Shown here piece after piece: positions 37,640 to 46,746 of a stretch of DNA of 46,746 nucleotides. Under the pieces are notes generated by a model that ran no database searches, was not told where the DNA came from, and was given only the letters and a program-made list of their open reading frames with translations. A program made the translations under genes and the position numbers. How positions within the stretch are numbered: position 1 is the first letter of the stretch; each line of letters begins with the position of its first letter. The DNA is from Octopus bimaculoides (taxonomy: Eukaryota): assembly GCF_001194135.2 (NCBI RefSeq), contig NC_068984.1, forward strand, positions 7,418,456-7,465,201. The letters run 5' to 3'.

Positions 37640-37905
37640 GGGAGAGAGAGACAGAGAGAGACAGAGAGAGAGAGAAAGGAGAGAGGAGAGACCACTAAAG
37701 ACGTGATACATGAAAGTATATACAAACCATTGTAACAATTGTTAACGTGTGTGTGTATATATGTATATATATAAATATATATGTGAATATGTGTGTACGT
37801 ATGTATGGTATGTATATATTCATGTATACATATATACATATATGTTTATTATATATATGTGTGTGTTTGTATGTATGTATGTAAATATATATATGTGTGT
37901 ATATG

Positions 37906-37952
<47 letters not shown>

Positions 37953-38910
37953 AATGTAAAAGTTAATAGGAATCGAATGCGTGGCGTTCGCTCATATAAT
38001 ATGTATATGTATATATATATATATGTATATATATATNNNNNNNNNNNNNNNNNNNNNNNNNNNNNNNNNNNNNNNNNNNNNNNNNNNNNNNNNNNNNNNN
38101 NNNNNNNNNNNNNNNNNNNNNNNNNNNNNNNNNNNNNNNNNNNNNNNNNNNNNNNNNNNNNNNNNNNNNNNNNNNNNNNNNNNNNNNNNNNNNNNNNNNN
38201 NNNNNNNNNNNNNNNNNNNNNNNNNNNNNNNNNNNNNNNNNNNNNNNNNNNNNNNNNNNNNNNNNNNNNNNNNNNNNNNNNNNNNNNNNNNNNNNNNNNN
38301 NNNNNNNNNNNNNNNNNNNNNNNNNNNNNNNNNNNNNNNNNNNNNNNNNNNNNNNNNNNNNNNNNNNNNNNNNNNNNNNNNNNNNNNNNNNNNNNNNNNN
38401 NNNNNNNNNNNNNNNNNNNNNNNNNNNNNNNNNNNNNNNNNNNNNNNNNNNNNNNNNNNNNNNNNNNNNNNNNNNNNNNNNNNNNNNNNNNNNNNNNNNN
38501 NNNNNNNNNNNNNNNNNNNNNNNNNNNNNNNNNNNNNNNNNNNNNNNNNNNNNNNNNNNNNNNNNNNNNNNNNNNNNNNNNNNNNNNNNNNNNNNNNNNN
38601 NNNNNNNNNNNNNNNNNNNNNNNNNNNNNNNNNNNNNNNNNNNNNNNNNNNNNNNNNNNNNNNNNNNNNNNNNNNNNNNNNNNNNNNNNNNNNNNNNNNN
38701 NNNNNNNNNNNNNNNNNNNNNNNNNNNNNNNNNNNNNNNNNNNNNNNNNNNNNNNNNNNNNNNNNNNNNNNNNNNNNNNNNNNNNNNNNNNNNNNNNNNN
38801 NNNNNNNNNNNNNNNNNNNNNNNNNNNNNNNNNNNNNNNNNNNNNNNNNNNNNNNNNNNNNNNNNNNNNNNNNNNNNNNNNNNNNNNNNNNNNNNNNNNN
38901 NNNNNNNNNN

Positions 38911-38968
<58 letters not shown>

Positions 38969-39505
38969 CGTATGTAAGTATGTATGAGAAGGCGCGTGAC
39001 TTAGTGTTTGATCGTGTTGCATTCACGAATACGTGATCGTGGTTTAGAATGCTAAAACTGGTGCGCGTTATGTTCTTGACAAAGTATTTTGCATCCACAA
39101 AATCCTTCTTCCTTCAGCAAGGTGTTAAGACAGGTTGATCCCCTCCTAAGCTCGTCAGTTTTGTTCCCGGCGAGGCGTTCTGTCCTTGAGCAAGACACTT
39201 TATTTCACTTTGCTCCAATCCACTCAGCTCGCAAAAAGGAGTTGTATCTGTAATTCAAAGGCTTCGACCTTGTTTTGTTATGTGCCACCCTGAATCCCCT
39301 GAGGACTACGTTAAGTGTACGCACGCTTGTGGAGTGAGCAGCTACTTGGGCGTTAAGTTTTACGAGCAGGATGTTGTGTTGATCGGAGCGACAGGAACAC
39401 CCGCCGTTGTAATCAACAGAGTACCAGAATATATATATGTGTGTGTGCGTCTTTTATGTATGTGTATATATTGCCTCTCTCTCTCTCTCTCACTCTCTCT
39501 CCCTC

Positions 39506-39551
<46 letters not shown>

Positions 39552-41550
39552 TTTTTTCCCTCCGCTAAATCCACATTTTTTAAAAATCTCTCTGTTTATT
39601 TCATCGTGTTCATTTCTGTTGAACACTGTAGGCTCGAAACGTAAAAGACTTTTTCTCCTTAACGAGCGTCAAACGAATACACCTGCCTCTTGTTTATGCA
39701 TCTGGATTCGTCTTTTGTTTTCCTGTAAATTCCAACTAAATATATATATATATATACATCAGTTGTTGATTGCTGGTAGATACACGGCATTTCGTTGTGC
39801 AAGCATATCAAAGGCTTTATAAGTCCTACCATGTTTGGAGTGCGATTCCATCACTTTTTAGAAGTTATCTCTATAGATATTTCCTACAGAACTTAGAGCC
39901 TGCACTGATAGTCACGAGGTTTCGTGTACGAATACGTCTATGTAAACAATGGAATAGAAGATAGAAATAGATAATGAGAGAGAGGAAGGGAGAGGGAGAA
40001 ATGTGTGCGTGTCAGTTACAGGTTATGGAGATCAGTAAATGACGAAGAATGAAGACACAAGTAAAGTCTCACGATATTATGGTATGTCTCGCTAAGTTTA
40101 CACTGAAAAAATTTCAAAATGTCCATTAGATATTAATATATAATATTTAGTACCTCTACAAAATTATGTTACATTGACACCAGACAGATGTAGTTGGCTG
40201 GCATTCATTTACGTCTTTAATAAATTATACACCAACCCGAATGATTTGAATAATATGAGAAGTTTGACCTTTCTAATTATACAGGGGGCGCTCTCTTTTA
40301 TAATTAATGATTCCGGTCTTGTCTAAGTATGTTTTGTTGTAATTTATCCGTAATGCTGTACAAACTATTATTAGTGGCATAGTATATAATACACACACAC
40401 ACATACACACATATATATATATATATANNNNNNNNNNNNNNNNNNNNNNNNNNNNNNNNNNNNNNNNNNNNNNNNNNNNNNNNNNNNNNNNNNNNNNNNN
40501 NNNNNNNNNNNNNNNNNNNNNNNNNNNNNNNNNNNNNNNNNNNNNNNNNNNNNNNNNNNNNNNNNNNNNNNNNNNNNNNNNNNNNNNNNNNNNNNNNNNN
40601 NNNNNNNNNNNNNNNNNNNNNNNNNNNNNNNNNNNNNNNNNNNNNNNNNNNNNNNNNNNNNNNNNNNNNNNNNNNNNNNNNNNNNNNNNNNNNNNNNNNN
40701 NNNNNNNNNNNNNNNNNNNNNNNNNNNNNNNNNNNNNNNNNNNNNNNNNNNNNNNNNNNNNNNNNNNNNNNNNNNNNNNNNNNNNNNNNNNNNNNNNNNN
40801 NNNNNNNNNNNNNNNNNNNNNNNNNNNNNNNNNNNNNNNNNNNNNNNNNNNNNNNNNNNNNNNNNNNNNNNNNNNNNNNNNNNNNNNNNNNNNNNNNNNN
40901 NNNNNNNNNNNNNNNNNNNNNNNNNNNNNNNNNNNNNNNNNNNNNNNNNNNNNNNNNNNNNNNNNNNNNNNNNNNNNNNNNNNNNNNNNNNNNNTATATA
41001 TATATATATATATGTAAAGATATAAGTATATATATATATATACTCATATATATATATACATACATATGAGTATATATACTCATACATGCATACATACATA
41101 CATACATAGAGATTCATACGTACACACATGAAAACATACACACATGCACACACGTACACATATGCAAACTCATATATAAATACGTATGTATAAATCAGCG
41201 TTAATGTTTTGCCTGTCTATGGCAAGGGCAGTTATGTCACACGCAACTTTCTTTAGTTCACACATTACCACTTGTTATGCTTTCGCTAATTCTTAGTCTA
41301 TGCATTTATTTTTTTACTCGCCAACTGTATAATATGTATGTCTATATCTAAATCTATAGTTATCTGTGTATTTATCTATATCTACCTATGCATCTTTCTA
41401 TTTATCTACTCATCAACATATACTTACAAACATACATACATATATATATATGTGTGTGTGTCTGTGTGTATGTATGTATGTATATATACATGCACACACA
41501 TAGATATAATTTACATGTATGCATACACACACATATATATTTGCAAATAT

Positions 41551-41638
<88 letters not shown>

Positions 41639-42579
41639 ATATATCAATTGCCCTTCTGGAAGTCGCAAACATCACGGCAATATATCGATTCTTCATGCGC
41701 AATAAATGCTCAATAGAAAGCAAGAAAACCTGTAATGTATGTCTCAAAGTAAGAGAGAAATGTGGAGTAATAGCTTGAATCATTAATTATAGAAAGTATC
41801 GTGACTTCTATAAACGTACACAGATCAAACTATTCCTTCATTTTCAGATTGTTTTATTAAGCTTTCAATCTGATAAAAAAGAAATCCACTTTGACACATC
41901 CAAATAGCATAATATTAAAAAACGAAATTGCTTGCTAATAGATTTTTGCATCTGATTGTTTGCCATTTCTGGCAGCCACAGAAGTAGTCTTCGCTTGCTA
42001 AAAGTTACTGGCATTCCTCGCTTACGGCATCGAAAGTTCCAGTTGATCCGATTAACGGAACAGTCTTCTAGCGAAATTAATATATGAGTTGCTGAGCAAT
42101 ACACAGTCACTCGTACACTTAACGCTGTTCTAAAAGCGATTCAGTGTAACACAGAATGTGATAATCCTGGCCCATTTTTTGCCAGCTGGAAGGATCACGG
42201 CAACGTGAAATATAGTGTCTGTCTCAAGGACAGAACGTGCCGCCGGCAATCGAATTCACGACATTACGATCGTTAGACGAATTTCCCTAACCTCTAAGCC
42301 ATGCGCGTTCATCTATTACAAATATCAGCTGGATGTCTTACAAATTACTCTGTATCATTACAGACAATGGACAGATTGATTAAAATTGATTACATGTAAG
42401 ATTATGAGTTTGTCTCAATCTACAAAAAATATCAAATGAGTGTTCTTCAAATTCTACTGTATCATTTCAAACAATGAACGGATTGATTGATTCAAAACGA
42501 TATGACTTTGTACAGGTAAATATGTGTCATGGCCATACTCAGATGGCTTCTGATTTAACGTTACCATTGGCTCAGGATA

Positions 42580-43430
42580 AACATTCTTCCTAGTTTTTGG
42601 TACAAAGCCAGACATTTTGAAATAATTACTTCGACCCAAGTACTAAACTGGTACTTAATTTATCGAACCAGAAACGATTAAAAGCAAAATTGATCTCGGC
42701 AAGAGTTGAACGCAGAACGTAATAAATCAGTTGAAATGCCGTTAAGCATTTTGTCCGACGCACAAACGATTCTAGACCACAGAAATATTAATAGAAATAT
42801 ACACAATTTGAAAAGATATTGGTTTCAATATTTGGCATAAGGACAGCTATTTTGAAGGAGCTAAGTCGATTACATCACCCCCACTGGTCATCTGGTCCTT
42901 ATTTTATTAAAATCCAAATGATGAAACGCAAAGTTGCGGTAGCATTTGATCTCAGAACGTAAGGTCGAACGAAATGCAGCTTTGCATTCGACTCAGCGTG
43001 CTGACTATTCTGCCAGCTCGCGACCATAACAGTTTGAAAAATATTGGTTTCAAATATTGGCACAAGGCCAGCAACGTCGGGGAGGAGTAAGTAGTATACA
43101 CGGACCCCAGTGCTCAACTGGTACTTATTTTATCGACCGCGAACGTATAAAGGGCAAAAATCAACCTCGATCGCATTTGAGCTCAAGGTAAAGACGGAAG
43201 AAATACCGCGAAGCAGTTTGTCCGGCGCAGTAATGTTTCAGTCAGTTCCCCACCTTACACAATTTGAAAATAGTCTTTTCTTTTCTACTCTAGGCCCAAG
43301 GCCCGAAATTTTGGGGGAGGGGACCAGTCGATTAGATCGACCCCAGTACGCAACTGGTACTTAATTTTTCGATCCGGAAAAGATGAAAGGCCAAACCGAC
43401 CTCGGCTGAATTTGCACTCAGTTTGAAAAT
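42580..43430 (-). mobile_element. Four same-orientation diverged SINE family C copies
   Basis: Recurring ACTGGTACTTA(A/T)TTT..CGA blocks at about 42645, 43115 and 43350, a degenerate one at about 42890, and tails related to GGCACAAGGCCAG. Confidence 0.75.
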
Positions 43431-43627
43431 ATTGAGATGGTTTTTACCGTTTACAAGATGGAGTTTATAGCAAATTCTTTGATTTAAATTGAACACACAG
43501 CAAGTAATGCAAAAATACCTAAACTTATTAAAAGAAAATTGCGTCATGTATTCCTGGAACTATACCTGTACGTATAACTGATTATTTGTTTAAATGTACA
43601 GTAATATGCTTTGGAAAATGTACGTAC

Positions 43628-43780
43628 CTGTGTCTCGACCAACATACCAAGCAGATCGATAATGGTTGCTATATCGATTGGGTTTGTGTATGAATTGAAC
43701 TTGGTATGGTTATTCAGTTTATCTGCTAACTCAAGAATTGACACTTCCGCTACAACAGGTCTCCTCAAAGCTGATTTGAA
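43628..43780 (-). CDS. Exon (phase 0-0, 153 nt) of an adhesion GPCR-like gene; start of GAIN subdomain A
   Basis: Acceptor ttttctgtttctttgttctgcAG, donor CAG|GTacgt. Open frame FKSALRRPVVAEVSILELADKLNNHTKFNSYTNPIDIATIIDLLGMLVETQ. Resembles the latrophilin ELAxxxxxHT...D...L...Q helix from memory; NHT sequon. Confidence 0.8.
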
Positions 43781-44044
43781 CTGCAGAACAAAGAAACAGA
43801 AAATTGAAAACGAAGTTTTAAAAAATTTGCATGTTTTAAGGAATACAAATATATGCACCGTTACACCATTTAATTTAAAGTTCCGTTAGGCATGTACGTA
43901 TGTATGTATGTATGTATGTATGTATGTATGCATGCATGTATGTATGTATGTATGTATGCATATATGTATGTATGTGTCTATCTATCTATCGATCGATACA
44001 TACATGCATGCGTACATACATCCATGCATATCGTATATACATGC

Positions 44045-44085
<41 letters not shown>

Positions 44086-46713
44086 GTGTATGTATATATA
44101 TATATATATATAATATATATAATATATATATATATATATATNNNNNNNNNNNNNNNNNNNNNNNNNNNNNNNNNNNNNNNNNNNNNNNNNNNNNNNNNNN
44201 NNNNNNNNNNNNNNNNNNNNNNNNNNNNNNNNNNNNNNNNNNNNNNNNNNNNNNNNNNNNNNNNNNNNNNNNNNNNNNNNNNNNNNNNNNNNNNNNNNNN
44301 NNNNNNNNNNNNNNNNNNNNNNNNNNNNNNNNNNNNNNNNNNNNNNNNNNNNNNNNNNNNNNNNNNNNNNNNNNNNNNNNNNNNNNNNNNNNNNNNNNNN
44401 NNNNNNNNNNNNNNNNNNNNNNNNNNNNNNNNNNNNNNNNNNNNNNNNNNNNNNNNNNNNNNNNNNNNNNNNNNNNNNNNNNNNNNNNNNNNNNNNNNNN
44501 NNNNNNNNNNNNNNNNNNNNNNNNNNNNNNNNNNNNNNNNNNNNNNNNNNNNNNNNNNNNNNNNNNNNNNNNNNNNNNNNNNNNNNNNNNNNNNNNNNNN
44601 NNNNNNNNNNNNNNNNNNNNNNNNTAGATAGATATAAGTGGATACCAATTCATAGAAATAGTAGTTCGGAAGAAATAAAGGAAGTTAAAAATGGAGAGAA
44701 AGTATATATGAAGATGTATGTATATTTATATCATGCATTTAACCGGTTTCACAATTGTTTGATTGTCCAAAATATAGTTTTGAGAGATGTGCTATAGTGT
44801 TAGAAACTAATGAGAGGCATGTTATTTTCTACAAGATAACTAAACCCTGTTACTTTCATTAGTGTACATGCGCAGTCGAACATCAAAGTGGACAGAATTG
44901 TACAATGGGCGACATAGCGTGATTGATACTGCAACACCGACTTTCCAAGCAGAGTATATTAAAAACATAGCCATCTCCCTTAAGCCTATAACGAAAGAAA
45001 AAAGATCATACATACATACATACAGATTACAAGTTGAGGTTTATACCTGTAATTATTGGGGCCCTGTGATATGTAACCAATCTTGAGAAATTAGGCTTCT
45101 CAAAACCAGAATGGAGAATGCTAATTCCATGACTACAGATACAATTCATCACTGGAACTGCAAAGATCTGTAAAACTTTCCAGAAGTTTGTTATTTAAAT
45201 ATATATATATATANNNNNNNNNNNNNNNNNNNNNNNNNNNNNNNNNNNNNNNNNNNNNNNNNNNNNNNNNNNNNNNNNNNNNNNNNNNNNNNNNNNNNNN
45301 NNNNNNNNNNNNNNNNNNNNNNNNNNNNNNNNNNNNNNNNNNNNNNNNNNNNNNNNNNNNNNNNNNNNNNNNNNNNNNNNNNNNNNNNNNNNNNNNNNNN
45401 NNNNNNNNNNNNNNNNNNNNNNNNNNNNNNNNNNNNNNNNNNNNNNNNNNNNNNNNNNNNNNNNNNNNNNNNNNNNNNNNNNNNNNNNNNNNNNNNNNNN
45501 NNNNNNNNNNNNNNNNNNNNNNNNNNNNNNNNNNNNNNNNNNNNNNNNNNNNNNNNNNNNNNNNNNNNNNNNNNNNNNNNNNNNNNNNNNNNNNNNNNNN
45601 NNNNNNNNNNNNNNNNNNNNNNNNNNNNNNNNNNNNNNNNNNNNNNNNNNNNNNNNNNNNNNNNNNNNNNNNNNNNNNNNNNNNNNNNNNNNNNNNNNNN
45701 NNNNNNNNNNNNNNNNNNNNNNNNNNNNNNNNNNNNNNNNNNNNNNNNNNNNNNNNNNNNNNNNNNNNNNNNNNNNNNNNNNNNNNNNNNNNNNNNNNNN
45801 NNNNNNNNNNNNNNNNNNNNNNNNNNNNNNNNNNNNNNNNNNNNNNNNNNNNNNNNNNNNNNNNNNNNNNNNNNNNNNNNNNNNNNNNNNNNNNNNNNNN
45901 NNNNNNNNNNNNNNNNNNNNNNNNNNNNNNNNNNNNNNNNNNNNNNNNNNNNNNNNNNNNNNNNNNNNNNTATATATATATATATGTATGTATGAATATA
46001 TGTATACGTGAGACGTTTAAAAGACCATAAGTCAGGGAAAAGATGCACTAGTATATATCTGTCAACAGAGTGGATATATTATCTTAAAAGTATAGTATTA
46101 AATATCCATCACGGCTGGTCTTACCAATCGGTTTCGCGTAAAAAAACAAGGTTAAGAAATCGATTATATAACTTTACGCTTATCAGAGCTGGAAGGGAAT
46201 ATGGTGACTGGTCTGGTAAGCGGCTGCTGTGAAAAAGGTGGTGGAACGAAAATGGGGACAGGGGATGTTTTTAAGAGTAAGGTTCCTTAGCTGAGTATGC
46301 TGTGAAGCCGGTTCGAGTTTTGTATATATATATATATATATATGACAGAATCGCCCGTCGAAGTTTGAGTGTTAGATATTTGCTGAAAGATCTGCACAAA
46401 TGATTTGTTTATAGTGATCAAATGCGTGTGCTGTACATTACCTACTCCCCTCGGCAAAATAGACGCTACCTGTGCAGGTTCCCAGGTGCGCAACTCGCCA
46501 TATGTTGTAATGCACTCAGAGCGACATAAAAGGAAGTGCTTTACTGAATAACCCAACACGCTGCTCTTTCCGAGAATCGAAATCTCTATCTAGCGGTCAT
46601 GAGTGCAGCAACCTAAATGTATATATGTGCGTGTGCATGTGTATGTGTGTGTGTGTGTGTGCGTGTGCGTGTGTTTGTGTGGGTGTATGTATATGCATAT
46701 GTATCTATAAAAT

Positions 46714-46746
<33 letters not shown>

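Larger units (their letters stand above)
1..46746. repeat. Pervasive dinucleotide and tetranucleotide micro-satellites (TA, CA/TG, TC/GA, TATG, TCTA), many abutting assembly gaps
   Basis: Examples: 1-50, 408-460, 6127-6197, 11330-11402, 28515-28575, 28665-28730, 37615-37690, 41553-41636, 43895-44140. Confidence 0.95.

Noticed and set aside
45048-45168. Possible upstream exon on the minus strand (IFAVPVMNCICSHG...KPNFSRLVTYHRAPIITG)
   Set aside because: It ends in phase 1 whereas the 43780 exon needs phase 0, and it lacks the HormR Trp/Cys pattern.
2236-46048. Long ORFs in the track rich in X, HT, YI, CV, LS or poly-N/I/Y
   Set aside because: Translations of N gaps and micro-satellites.
46287-46559. 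ORF with CRSECITTYGELRTWEPAQ and donor-like sites
   Set aside because: Overlaps what looks like a decayed SINE E copy; poor acceptor.

Overview
AT-rich, gap-ridden eukaryotic draft sequence with roughly 20 N-runs and very dense micro-satellites. By recalled repeat content it is most likely a coleoid cephalopod (Octopus-like); this is inference, not a database result. Almost all ORFs in the supplied track are micro-satellite or N-gap artefacts. Reading the minus strand for splice signals gives four phase-compatible GT-AG exons (43628-43780, 37339-37443, 27214-27421, 11560-11715). They splice into one open 207-aa peptide resembling the GAIN domain of a latrophilin-like adhesion GPCR, so most of the window is intron of that gene. 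The introns hold several tRNA-derived SINE families, three R4/Dong-type RLE retrotransposon fragments beside (TAA)n-type tracts, RTE fragments, an L1/Tx1-like ORF1, and an internally deleted DD37D (maT) transposon. The most unusual signals are Penelope-type minimal hammerhead-ribozyme motifs. One sits in a composite element with a tRNA/Pol III head and an (AAT)n linker; a second family has U in place of the conserved core A6.
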